Shown: positions 29,030 through 38,284, numbered from the stretch's first letter. The stretch: 64,000 nt of DNA from an uncultured SAR86 cluster bacterium (GCA_902619265.1 CACNDL010000003.1:575-64574), one strand, 5' to 3'. Made by a program: numbers and translations. Notes: generated from the sequence alone by a model not told the origin.

Positions 29030-31194
29030 TAATTGCCAGCACTAGATACCTTAGGCCAGGTCATAGGCATCTGTTGCTGAGGGTTGAATAGTCGTTTTGG
29101 TCCAACTGCTGGAAATGCATTGTTGGCACTTTCTATATCAGCTTTAGTTAAAAATTCACTTTCAGTTAATTTAAAAACATCCAGACCTCTTACTATTTCT
29201 GTTCCATAAATTGTTCCCTCATAAAAATAAACCGACCAAAAACCTCCAGTTCCAAGGCTCTTTTCAGAGATAGGTCCTCGATCAAAATACCCAATTTCAA
29301 TTGGGTTATTTGAATCAGTAAAATCCATAATTGAGATGCCGCCTTGGTACCAAGCTTGGACAAAAATATCTCTGTCTTTGACAGGTATGATTGATCCATT
29401 ATGGGCAACACAATTTTCTGTTTCTGTCTGAGGTGCTGGCATTTTATAGTGACTTTTGAAAACTAATTTATTATCTTCAATGTCATATATTGCGTTTGCT
29501 CCCCAGTTCAATGGATCCCATGCTCTACATCTTGGTCTTCCGCCACCACCCCATTCGTCCGTAAAGACAACCTTAGTACCATCATTATTGAAAGTTGCTG
29601 AATGCCAATAAGCAAAACCTTCATCAGTAACTACATCGATTCTTTTCGGGTTATAAGGATCTGAAATGTCGAATAAAATCCCATTTCCAGAACAAGCTCC
29701 AGCAGCTAGATTGGCTGCGGGATAAACTGTAATGTCATGACACTCATCTGTTCTTGAAGTTCTTTGTGTTTGATCTCCATGATCACCGCCTCGCCAAAGT
29801 CCTGCCAGCACACCAGTTTCTTCATCAGCAAAGACTGCCGGACTTTTTACAATTTTGGCTTTTGATGGATTGTTGCTTGGTATTTCTATTACATCGATTC
29901 TGAATAGAGCTGTTCTATCATCTCCTGGACTGTCATAACAACCAGCTAATTCTTCTTCATCTCGTATACTTGAAGTGCCTGAGTTATAGATAATAATCTT
30001 CCCATCTGCGTCAGGACCTGAAACAACTGAATGTGTGTGAGAACCTCTACATGTTTGCACAGCTCCAACTTGAATAGGCATTGTTAAATCAGATATATCG
30101 AAAATTCTTATGCCACGAAATCTTTCTGGAGTAGGTTCAGAACCTGCACCTTGTAGGCCACAATCAACTCTTCCTCTTGTGTCCTGTACAGACATAATTA
30201 ATAGATTTTCAACAATTGAAACGTCGCCTTGCCCACCAGGACATATTACTGAGGATACTAAAGATGGGATACCATTCTCAGCTAATTCATAAATGTTAAA
30301 ACCATGGTAACTGCCAGCAACCATAACGTTATCTTTGAAAGCCATATCAGTATTGGAAAAACTAAGCATTGGCGACCTTCCTTCTCGCGATGCTTCTTCA
30401 ATTGATTTAACTTCATCTTCATCATCAGGGTCCACAGCTTTTCTCATTGCAGGATTTTTAGGGTCAAAAAAACCAGCGGGCTTTCTTAATGATGCAATTA
30501 GTTCCATATTGCTGATAGCTTCCTCAGCAGTATAAAGTCCCGCCATTAAACCTGCTCTTGGATCATCAGATAAGTTAATGAGCAACCCATTCATTCTTTC
30601 AATTTCGATGGCTTGATCATTTACTAAGTCTGAAACAAATTCACTTAGCAGTTGATCGTATCTAGAACCTGGTTGCTCTTTTAATGTATCAACCATATCA
30701 ATTGCGCCATCATGATGAGTGATCATTAGTTGTAGAAATAATCTATCAAAATCTGTGGATCTTGAATTACTTAGATTATCTAATTGCAAGGGAGATGCCA
30801 TACCAGCCATTTTATGCATGCCCATATGTTTCATTTCATATTTTTTATCTTCCCCACGATCTTTTAACCATGAAGTCATAAATTCTATCTCATCTTCTTG
30901 TGAACCTTCTATACGACCAGCGAGATCCAATATCGCCTTTGAGTTTGTTCTTTGTTTAGCAAGTTTAGACATAGTCAGAGCTTGTTCATGGTGAACAATC
31001 ATGCCTTGCATGAAGTAAACATCTGCAGTTGTGTATGAGCTGTTAGCAATATCTGTTGCCATCTCAGCTGAAATCTCCTTTGTTGCTTGTCCTGGAGCGC
31101 CAGGCTGTAAAATTGGAGATTTATTACTTGCAGTTACTGGTAGAGCTAGTAGAGCTGAAAGAAATACTAGAGAAAATAATCTTATATAGTTCAT
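29029..31194 (-). CDS. Secreted fusion protein: tandem DUF305 (HH-motif four-helix) repeats plus LVIVD-repeat beta-propeller
   Basis: Signal peptide MNYIRLFSLVFLSALLALPVTAS. Two DUF305-like repeats (MQGMIVHHEQALTMS, FLQLMITHHDGAIDMV). C-terminal 450 aa has repeated hydrophobic-strand plus D/S units resembling LVIVD repeats. Confidence 0.6.
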   Translation of the reverse strand: MNYIRLFSLVFLSALLALPVTASNKSPILQPGAPGQATKEISAEMATDIANSSYTTADVYFMQGMIVHHEQALTMSKLAKQRTNSKAILDLAGRIEGSQEDEIEFMTSWLKDRGEDKKYEMKHMGMHKMAGMASPLQLDNLSNSRSTDFDRLFLQLMITHHDGAIDMVDTLKEQPGSRYDQLLSEFVSDLVNDQAIEIERMNGLLINLSDDPRAGLMAGLYTAEEAISNMELIASLRKPAGFFDPKNPAMRKAVDPDDEDEVKSIEEASREGRSPMLSFSNTDMAFKDNVMVAGSYHGFNIYELAENGIPSLVSSVICPGGQGDVSIVENLLIMSVQDTRGRVDCGLQGAGSEPTPERFRGIRIFDISDLTMPIQVGAVQTCRGSHTHSVVSGPDADGKIIIYNSGTSSIRDEEELAGCYDSPGDDRTALFRIDVIEIPSNNPSKAKIVKSPAVFADEETGVLAGLWRGGDHGDQTQRTSRTDECHDITVYPAANLAAGACSGNGILFDISDPYNPKRIDVVTDEGFAYWHSATFNNDGTKVVFTDEWGGGGRPRCRAWDPLNWGANAIYDIEDNKLVFKSHYKMPAPQTETENCVAHNGSIIPVKDRDIFVQAWYQGGISIMDFTDSNNPIEIGYFDRGPISEKSLGTGGFWSVYFYEGTIYGTEIVRGLDVFKLTESEFLTKADIESANNAFPAVGPKRLFNPQQQMPMTWPKVSSAGN

Positions 31195-31212
31195 AATGGG
31201 TATCCTTAAAAA

Positions 31213-31241
31213 TTTACCTTGATGCTTTAAATTTATATACT
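31213..31241 (+). promoter_or_regulatory. Putative promoter (TTTACC-N17-TATACT), with the -10 ending 6 nt before the ATG at 31248
   Basis: tttacc 31213-31218, tatact 31236-31241, ATG 31248. Confidence 0.3.
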
Positions 31242-31247
31242 TATTCT

Positions 31248-31553
31248 ATGAAAAAATACAAGAACCTTAAAGAATTTTACCCTTATTACCTTACGGAACA
31301 TGCAGGCAAAGAGACCAAATTATTTCATTTTATAGGCACTGCTCTATCAATATTTTTTCTAGTAAGATTATTCATAACACTTGATCCAATAAACTTAGTT
31401 TTTGCTTTACTTTCAGGTTATGGTTTTGCGTGGGTAAGTCATTTTTTTATTGAAAAGAATAAACCTGCAACATTTACTTACCCGTTTTTTAGTTTAATTA
31501 GTGATTACATAATGTTTTGGGAAATCCTTAGAGGAAAACACAAAATTTTTTAA
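31248..31553 (+). CDS. DUF962 / Mpo1-like membrane protein
   Basis: FKEFYPYYLTEHAGKETKLFHFIGT and SHFFIEKNKPATF motifs typical of the DUF962 (YGL010w/Mpo1-like) family. 101 aa. Confidence 0.7.
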   Translation: MKKYKNLKEFYPYYLTEHAGKETKLFHFIGTALSIFFLVRLFITLDPINLVFALLSGYGFAWVSHFFIEKNKPATFTYPFFSLISDYIMFWEILRGKHKIF

Positions 31554-32359
31554 GAAAATTCTAAATCAAGATCAATAACAACTGGACAGTGGTCCGAGGG
31601 TTTTTCCATAGCTCTTAATTCATGATCAATTTCAGATGATAAATATTTATCTTGTAAGTCAGCTGAAAGAAGAAAATGATCAATTCTTAAACCTCTCTTA
31701 GGTTCTTGATCAAAGCCTCTTGATCTATAATCAAACCAAGAGCATTTAGTAGAGTCTGGATTTTGCTCTCGCCAAACATCCTTTAGTCCCAGATTTGTTA
31801 GTTTTTTGTACCATTCAATTTCTTCGGGTAGAAAAGCAGTATGACCCTCTCTGAGCCATCTTTTAATACCATCCTCATTCATTCCGATATCATTTCTAGC
31901 AGGCGCTATATTGAAGTCCCCAGTGAGAACTATTGAAGTATTTAAATTATTTAAGTGGTTGGTAATTCTCTTATAGTATCTGTCTTTATAGGGAAATTTA
32001 TCAGGATGCTTTCTATTTTCTCCTTGAGGAAAATACGAATTACATATTGAAACTAAACCATGATTTGTTGAAAAATCGCATTGAATATATCTTTTTTGAT
32101 TCTCATCCTCACCACCATTAAGACCTTTAATAGTATTCTTTGGAATCTCTTTAGAGAAGATAGCAACACCATGAAAACCTTTTTGACCATAATTGTAATA
32201 ATTGAAACCTAAATCTTCGGGTATGTTAGGTGGAAAATCTTCATCACTTACTTTTATTTCTTGAAGTGCAACGATATCAGGGTCGTATTTTTCTTTTAAA
32301 GCCTCTAGTTGATGAGGTCTTGCTCTCAAACCATTAATGTTAAATGAAACTATTCTCAT
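31550..32359 (-). CDS. xthA: Exodeoxyribonuclease III
   Basis: MRIVSFNINGLRAR, ALQEIK, GDFNIAP and the C-terminal SDHCPV motif of the EEP nuclease family. Confidence 0.92.
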   Translation of the reverse strand: MRIVSFNINGLRARPHQLEALKEKYDPDIVALQEIKVSDEDFPPNIPEDLGFNYYNYGQKGFHGVAIFSKEIPKNTIKGLNGGEDENQKRYIQCDFSTNHGLVSICNSYFPQGENRKHPDKFPYKDRYYKRITNHLNNLNTSIVLTGDFNIAPARNDIGMNEDGIKRWLREGHTAFLPEEIEWYKKLTNLGLKDVWREQNPDSTKCSWFDYRSRGFDQEPKRGLRIDHFLLSADLQDKYLSSEIDHELRAMEKPSDHCPVVIDLDLEFS

Positions 32360-32431
32360 AACAGATTTTTAATATTTTATCTAAAGTTCTGGTTATTACA
32401 TTATTGAACATAAAAATAATAAACAATTATT

Positions 32432-32986
32432 TTAAAAATAATGCCTTCTAAACCAGAAAGTCATGATAATTTTTTCACCACTTTTAACTTTTAAACCGCT
32501 ATGCAAGCTACCTGGGTTTATATGATCTGTGTTATTTATGCAATTTTCAAATAAGCAAATACTACCCTTAACAGCATTAATTTTAATATTTAATTTATCA
32601 AAAAATGTTTCTCCTCCTAAACATTCAGAAAGATATAAAATAGCTGTATAAATTCTTTGATTATTTTCACTTGGGTTAATGAACCCATCAAAATGAGGTT
32701 TATACTCTTCATTTTTTTTGTATTTTGTAAAAACTACCGGTTCACAATTTTTTGGATCTAAATTAATTATTTCTGAAATCTTAAGAATTATTTTTTTTAG
32801 ATCTTTATCTTCATTATCAAGAATTTTTGATTTACTCGTTCTATCAGGATTTATAACATTTTCGTTATTATCAACAACATATGAGCGAACAAGATCAGCA
32901 TTATACAATTCAATCAATTTGTCACAAAAGTCGTTTGATATAAATTTTTTTAAAGTCTGAATTTTAGGATTTTTGTTTATTAACAT
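32432..32986 (-). CDS. 2-oxoglutarate/Fe(II)-dependent oxygenase, prolyl 4-hydroxylase-like
   Basis: HxD facial-triad candidate (PHFDGF), distal His (GSLHSG) and a Lys/Arg in a beta strand (GEKIIMTFWFR). 184 aa. Divergent from the lasso cluster. Confidence 0.65.
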   Translation of the reverse strand: MLINKNPKIQTLKKFISNDFCDKLIELYNADLVRSYVVDNNENVINPDRTSKSKILDNEDKDLKKIILKISEIINLDPKNCEPVVFTKYKKNEEYKPHFDGFINPSENNQRIYTAILYLSECLGGETFFDKLNIKINAVKGSICLFENCINNTDHINPGSLHSGLKVKSGEKIIMTFWFRRHYF

Positions 32987-33046
32987 TTATTATATTCTAA
33001 TCATTTTTCTAAAATCATTTTATGTTGGAGAGTCTTATTAAAGTCA

Positions 33047-33075
33047 TTGATGTTGAAAGATATTATTTTCATAAT
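33047..33075 (+). promoter_or_regulatory. Putative promoter of the lasso cluster (TTGATG-N17-CATAAT), with the -10 ending 5 nt before the ATG at 33081
   Basis: ttgatg 33047-33052, cataat 33070-33075, ATG 33081. Located in the 94-nt divergent spacer. Confidence 0.3.
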
Positions 33076-33080
33076 GAATT

Positions 33081-34232
33081 ATGCATTTAAATGTTTACAC
33101 CGACATAGTACATCAGATTTTTTTTAGTAAATTAGAGAAAACATTATCTATACTTAAGAATCTTAGCTTAATTGATAAAAAAGCATTTTTAAGATTTATA
33201 TCTTTTTCAAGAATTGAAGATCTATTTATAAATAAAATAGGTTTTGAAAACATAGAATCAATTTTTGGAAATGAAGAGGCTTTGTGGTTAAAAAATAATT
33301 CTATTAAAAGAGCTATAAGAACAGCAGAGAACAAAAGTTTTGCCAAGAAAATTTCTAAGGAACTCAAAAAAAGAAATATAGATCATGTCTTTTTAAAAGG
33401 GATAAATATGCATGAACATTTCTTTCATAATAATTTGATAAGGCCTTTGTCAGATTTTGATATATTAGTTGATAAAAAAAATCTCTGTGAACTTTTGAAG
33501 ATATGCAAAAAACATAATTTTGATACGTCTTTATGGGATTCAATTGATATCAATGAATTAGAAATTTATAAGAACCCCTCACTTAAACATAAAAATGATC
33601 TTGCCTATATAGATATTCATACTGAATTGAAGACTTCAATATTTGTAGACTCACATAGCTACAAAAAATTTGGTCAAGACTTACTAAGAAATGCAAAAAT
33701 TAATAATTCCAATATATGTTCAAGGGAAGAAACATTTTTGCATTGTCTTTTTCATGGAACTATTCAGAGCAACTATAATGTGGGGCCTATATTTATCTTA
33801 GATTTAATTAGTATGATAGAAAGTGACGATATAAATTGGGATCTAATTAATAAAAATGTTGAAAAATACAAACTAAAAAAAGAATTCAATGAAGTAATGT
33901 TCTATTTATCAAGCTCAATGAATGTGTCAAATAAAATTTTTAAAAGCAGTCCAGATAAAAGTTTAAATTTCGAAGATTTAAAAAATATTTTTATGACAAT
34001 TCCTAAAAATACTTCCCTTTTTGCTTTAAGAGATATCAAGGACCTTAAAATCCTAATAGAAAAAGTTTTTTATAAAAAATACATATTCCAGCATAATCAG
34101 CAAAAAATGTATTTTAAATATTTTTTTGAAAATCTACTAAGGTTATTTAAAAACCATGTTTTACAGGCTATTTCTGATAATTATGGCAATAGCATTTCAA
34201 AAAAAAGATATAAATTGTTAAAAGAAAAATAG
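33081..34232 (+). CDS. Nucleotidyltransferase of the uncharacterised NTP_transf_5 (PF14907-like) family, a lasso-cluster-associated tailoring candidate
   Basis: Core LKKRNIDHVFLKGINMHEHFF..IRPLSDFDILVDKKN..LLKICKKHNF matches the K-G...R.xSDxDxLV signature of this family. 383 aa. Confidence 0.6.
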   Translation: MHLNVYTDIVHQIFFSKLEKTLSILKNLSLIDKKAFLRFISFSRIEDLFINKIGFENIESIFGNEEALWLKNNSIKRAIRTAENKSFAKKISKELKKRNIDHVFLKGINMHEHFFHNNLIRPLSDFDILVDKKNLCELLKICKKHNFDTSLWDSIDINELEIYKNPSLKHKNDLAYIDIHTELKTSIFVDSHSYKKFGQDLLRNAKINNSNICSREETFLHCLFHGTIQSNYNVGPIFILDLISMIESDDINWDLINKNVEKYKLKKEFNEVMFYLSSSMNVSNKIFKSSPDKSLNFEDLKNIFMTIPKNTSLFALRDIKDLKILIEKVFYKKYIFQHNQQKMYFKYFFENLLRLFKNHVLQAISDNYGNSISKKRYKLLKEK

Positions 34233-34235
34233 CAC

Positions 34236-34943
34236 ATGTATACGATAAATAATCTCTCAAAATATTTTTATGATCAGTCTTGGCGATCGTTTTTCAAAAA
34301 TAATAAAACTGTTGCTCTAAATAATTTAAATTTTGATTTTAATGATGGTGACAGTATTGGAGTTATAGGTAAAAATGGGTCAGGAAAATCGACTTTGCTA
34401 AAAATAATTGGAAATATTCTATTAGCTGATGAAGCTAGTTTTTCATTCGATACAAACAAGTCAAATACGTCTTACATATCGGGAAATGAAAGATCTTTTT
34501 TTTGGCGACTATCTGTTAGAGAAAATTTAGAGTTCTTTTCATCAATGTATGGCATAAATAAAGAAGTTGCTGATGCTCAAATTCTGAAGATTGCAAATGA
34601 TCTAAATTTTGATGAATTTCTTGATATCAAATTCGTTTCTCTTTCTTCTGGCTATAAGAAAAAAATATCATTTGCGAGGGCGTTGCTGAAAAATCCTGAT
34701 ATTTTTTTATTTGATGAAATTACAAATTCGCTAGATTTTTCGTCAAAAAACAAAATTAAAGAATTGCTAACATTCTTTAAGAAGAATCAATCAAAAAAAA
34801 TTCTATTTTGGGCCAGTCACGATACAAGTGAAATTATTGATATATGTAACAAAGTAATAATTTTAGAAAAAGGTACAGTAGCAAGAGTAATATATAAGGG
34901 AGAGGATGATTTTAATGAAAAATTTTTTAATCAGTACCTTTAA
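34236..34943 (+). CDS. ABC transporter ATP-binding protein
   Basis: Walker A GKNGSGKST, signature LSSGYKKK, Walker B IFLFDE, H-loop SHD. Confidence 0.9.
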   Translation: MYTINNLSKYFYDQSWRSFFKNNKTVALNNLNFDFNDGDSIGVIGKNGSGKSTLLKIIGNILLADEASFSFDTNKSNTSYISGNERSFFWRLSVRENLEFFSSMYGINKEVADAQILKIANDLNFDEFLDIKFVSLSSGYKKKISFARALLKNPDIFLFDEITNSLDFSSKNKIKELLTFFKKNQSKKILFWASHDTSEIIDICNKVIILEKGTVARVIYKGEDDFNEKFFNQYL

Positions 34944-35742
34944 TAGATCTTTAGCTTTTTTCAAAAAAGATCTAATCAATCAAACAAGTTATAGATTAAG
35001 TTTTTTCTTGAATATTCTTTCAATTTTCATTGCAGTGTATGTTTTCTTTATATTTTCAAAATTATTTGAGGGATCAAATAACTATTTAGAAAAATTTGGA
35101 AATAATTACTTCTTTTTTTTAATTATTGGTATATCTATATCAGACGTAGTTTTGCGCATTTCATCAGTAATAAATACTGAAGTTAGAAATTATCAATTAA
35201 CTGGTATGTTTGAAGAAATTATTAACCTCAAAGCTCCAATAATTGAGCTTCTATCTTATAGTTTTATCTATCCAATAGTTTTTTCAATATTTAGATTACT
35301 TATCTTTTTATTTTTTGCTGTATTTTTTTTTGATCTTTCATTAGATTTTACGAATATAGGTTTAATAATGTTTACAATATCTCTTACAGTTATTTCTTGT
35401 ATAGGGATTGCATATATAGCAGGAGCTTACGCTTTAGCTTTTAAGAAAGGGAATCCTTTATCAGCCATAAATCAACTTTCTGTGATGATTTTAGGAGGTG
35501 TTTTTTTTCCTACAACGATACTGCCTGATTGGTTAAATTATGTCTCTCAATTTATTCCGATTACTCATGCTTTAGAAATAATTAGATATTTGTTTATAAC
35601 GGACAACATTCTAAACTCTGAAGTTATCAAACATTTTTATTCACTAGCTTTATTATCTTTGTGCTTTTTATCAATCGGTTTAATTGTTTGCCACTTTGCA
35701 ATTAAAAATGGTAAAAAAAATGGTACTCTAACAATTTATTAA
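34906..35742 (+). CDS. ABC-2 type transporter permease
   Basis: Six hydrophobic segments in a 278-aa protein immediately after, and overlapping, the ATPase gene. Alternative start at ATG 34915. Confidence 0.7.
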   Translation: MILMKNFLISTFNRSLAFFKKDLINQTSYRLSFFLNILSIFIAVYVFFIFSKLFEGSNNYLEKFGNNYFFFLIIGISISDVVLRISSVINTEVRNYQLTGMFEEIINLKAPIIELLSYSFIYPIVFSIFRLLIFLFFAVFFFDLSLDFTNIGLIMFTISLTVISCIGIAYIAGAYALAFKKGNPLSAINQLSVMILGGVFFPTTILPDWLNYVSQFIPITHALEIIRYLFITDNILNSEVIKHFYSLALLSLCFLSIGLIVCHFAIKNGKKNGTLTIY

Positions 35743-35751
35743 GCTATAACT

Positions 35752-36015
35752 TTGACATTGAAATTCACAGTACAAAAAGAAATATTTGATATTGATCTTG
35801 AAGATAAAAAAATTTTGTTAGATCCCAACTCTGGCAGGTACATAGAATTAAATTCAACCGCAGCTAAAATTTTTGAGTTTGTTAAAAATGACGAAAAAAC
35901 ATTAGAGCAAATAACAAACTTTATTTGTGAAAATTATGATATATCTTCTGAAGAAGCATCTAAGGAAATTGATAGCCTTCTAAAAAAATCTCCAAATATT
36001 TTTTCATGCTCTTAA
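35752..36015 (+). CDS. PqqD-like RiPP recognition element (lasso B1 protein)
   Basis: 87 aa. The pattern KKILLDPNSGRYIELNSTAAKIFEFVKNDEKTLEQITNFICENYDISSEEASKEIDSLLKK is the canonical PqqD/RRE layout. TTG start. Confidence 0.75.
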   Translation: MTLKFTVQKEIFDIDLEDKKILLDPNSGRYIELNSTAAKIFEFVKNDEKTLEQITNFICENYDISSEEASKEIDSLLKKSPNIFSCS

Positions 36016-36389
36016 AAAAAGCTAATTCGCTAGTAATTTTATCTTTTAGTCTTTTTTATCTTTTGAAAACACGGTTGGATTTTATTTTTTTAACTTTTAA
36101 TAAACTAATTAAGCCTGTCAAATTAAGAAAGAGTAATTGGACTAAATCGGATATGAGTAAATTTTGTAGATTTGTGGAAAAGCTCTCGGGCATTATCGGA
36201 ATAAAGTCATGTTTTGTTAAGTCAATAACAAAAAGAAATTTTCTTTTGCATAAGGGGTATGAATGTGAAATGTACATTGGAGTGTCTTTAAAAGATAAGT
36301 TTAAATCTCATTCTTGGTTAGTTTCAGAAGAAATTAATTGCTTTGAGTCTCCAGACAAAAACATGAAAGTATTAAAGGTAGTTAAATAA
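36006..36389 (+). CDS. Lasso-peptide leader peptidase (B2, transglutaminase-like Cys protease)
   Basis: 127 aa. Catalytic Cys context IKSCFVKSITKRNFLLHKGYECEMYIGV, then His in KSHSWLV, as in lasso B2/McjB C-terminal domains. 10-nt overlap with B1. Confidence 0.75.
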   Translation: MLLKKANSLVILSFSLFYLLKTRLDFIFLTFNKLIKPVKLRKSNWTKSDMSKFCRFVEKLSGIIGIKSCFVKSITKRNFLLHKGYECEMYIGVSLKDKFKSHSWLVSEEINCFESPDKNMKVLKVVK

Positions 36390-36390
36390 T

Positions 36391-38241
36391 ATGGCTGGAT
36401 TCACTGGAGCAATAAACTTTAAATCTAATGGTTTTACTCAGGCACAAAAAAATAAAATTTTAAAGAATTTCCAAGCCTTTCATAAAACTTATGATCTTAT
36501 ACAAGACGATAACATTTTTATTTGTACTTATTCAAAGAATAATTGCAGTTTGAGTTTAAAGAAGAATAAAAGCCTAACCCTATTTTATGGAAGAATAGAT
36601 AACATCACCGAGTTAAGAAAATTGCTTTCTATTGATGAAAAATATAATTGTGCTGAAATAATCGACAAAGGTCTTGAAGACATCGGAGATGAATTTATAG
36701 AACGAATTAAAGGTGCCTTTGTTTTTTGGTCATTGGACCTTAAATCAAAATCGTTTCTTGCTGTTAAAGATCATATGGGTCAGAAGCCTCTTTTTTATAG
36801 TTATGAGGATTCATTACTATTATTTTCAACAGACATAAAACAAGTAGTTGACTTAAATGCTTCAAAATTAAAACTGAATAAGAAAAGAGTATTATTCTTT
36901 TTAACTTATTTATGTGGCCCAGTTGGTCAAACCTTTTTCGAAAAAATTTTTAGGCTTCCTGCAAGAAAAAAATTATATGTTTCCAAAAAAGGATGTAGAG
37001 ATCAAAAATATTTACATTTTTTAAATACGAATAAAATTGAATCACAAAATGAAACAATCAAAAAGTTTGAAGAAGCACTTGAAAATGCAATTACTTCCAT
37101 ACCATTTAAAAATAAGGTTGGATCTAAATTAAGTGGCGGACTAGATTCCAGTTCAATTTCTGGCTTTCTGCTTTCAAAAAACTCTAAAGAAAAAGTTAAA
37201 TTATTTTCTGGGGTATATGATCTTAATTTTAAGGAACTCAATGATGTAAATGAATACGAATACATCAAATCATTTGAAAAGTATCATGATTGTGAAACTA
37301 ATTATGTAAGGTTTAATAAATTCGAAGAGTTAAATCCTTTTTTATATGGGCTAAATGACTATGAGCCAAATTTTATAATGAGCAGATACTTTGATATTAA
37401 ATTCTTGGTGGAGGCAAAAAAAAACAACATTGAAAAAATATTCGATGGTTTTGACGGAGACTCTGTAATTTCATACGGTAAGGGATATCTCCTTGATCTT
37501 GGTAAAAATTTAAGATTAAAACAATTATTTAATGAAAAGAAATTGCTTGAGAGCAAAGGATTCATAAAGAAAATTCATCCAATAAAATTTTTTTATAGGT
37601 ATGTGATAGTTCCAAATGTTCCAAGTTTTTTTATAAATTTTATTAATAATCTTAGAGGACATAAAAAAACACAACTTGTAAATTACAACCTATTTACAAA
37701 AGCTGTAAGAAACAAATACAAATTTAAAGACATAAGAAAAGAAGTCGGAGACCATGATTCTAATTATATCGACTCACAAGAAGTGCATAGGAGAGTTCTA
37801 GAGTGGCCGTTATGGGAGTATATTTTAGATAGCGTACATGAAGATAGTCAAAAACTAGATATTGAAGAAGTGTACCCATTTCTAAACAGAGATGTTATGG
37901 AAATAGCTTTAAGCTCTGCTCCTACATTAAAGTTGAATAGAGGTACAACAAGGTATTTGCTAAGAGAATCTGCAAAAAAAGTATTGCCTAGGGAAATTTA
38001 TAAAAGATCCAGTAAATCAAATTTAGCTCCTCCAATTGATAAATATTTTTCAATAATGAAGAAGAATAAAGATTATTTAGACTTAATTATTGGAGATGAC
38101 TCTCCATTAAATGGGCTCGTTGACAAACATAAAATTTTACAAATGTATGAGATTGACAGTAAAAAAGATAATCAATACTTAACTTGTTTAATTAATCTAG
38201 CGATCTGGATGAAAAAATTCGGGTTTAAATGGCAAAAATAA
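36391..38241 (+). CDS. Lasso-peptide cyclase (C protein, asparagine synthetase B homologue)
   Basis: 616 aa, PP-loop SKLSGGLDSS. The N-terminus MAGFTG lacks the Cys2 glutaminase nucleophile of true AsnB (compare purF MCGIVG in this window). Starts 1 nt after the B2 stop. Confidence 0.85.
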   Translation: MAGFTGAINFKSNGFTQAQKNKILKNFQAFHKTYDLIQDDNIFICTYSKNNCSLSLKKNKSLTLFYGRIDNITELRKLLSIDEKYNCAEIIDKGLEDIGDEFIERIKGAFVFWSLDLKSKSFLAVKDHMGQKPLFYSYEDSLLLFSTDIKQVVDLNASKLKLNKKRVLFFLTYLCGPVGQTFFEKIFRLPARKKLYVSKKGCRDQKYLHFLNTNKIESQNETIKKFEEALENAITSIPFKNKVGSKLSGGLDSSSISGFLLSKNSKEKVKLFSGVYDLNFKELNDVNEYEYIKSFEKYHDCETNYVRFNKFEELNPFLYGLNDYEPNFIMSRYFDIKFLVEAKKNNIEKIFDGFDGDSVISYGKGYLLDLGKNLRLKQLFNEKKLLESKGFIKKIHPIKFFYRYVIVPNVPSFFINFINNLRGHKKTQLVNYNLFTKAVRNKYKFKDIRKEVGDHDSNYIDSQEVHRRVLEWPLWEYILDSVHEDSQKLDIEEVYPFLNRDVMEIALSSAPTLKLNRGTTRYLLRESAKKVLPREIYKRSSKSNLAPPIDKYFSIMKKNKDYLDLIIGDDSPLNGLVDKHKILQMYEIDSKKDNQYLTCLINLAIWMKKFGFKWQK

Positions 38242-38284
38242 GTATCTATTGCCAGATGCGCTTATTTATTGTACATTTCTCTTT

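Noticed and set aside
36391-38241. Possibility that this gene is a housekeeping asparagine synthetase (asnB)
   Set aside because: The N-terminus is MAGF, lacking the obligatory Cys2 nucleophile. The gene is flanked by PqqD-like, transglutaminase-like and small-peptide ORFs, the diagnostic lasso context.
38249-38284. TTG-initiated 60-aa version of the lasso precursor (MPDALIYCTFLF...)
   Set aside because: It adds a hydrophobic dodecapeptide not seen in lasso leaders. The in-frame ATG at 38285 gives a 48-aa peptide with a typical 22-25 residue leader. The longer form cannot be fully excluded.
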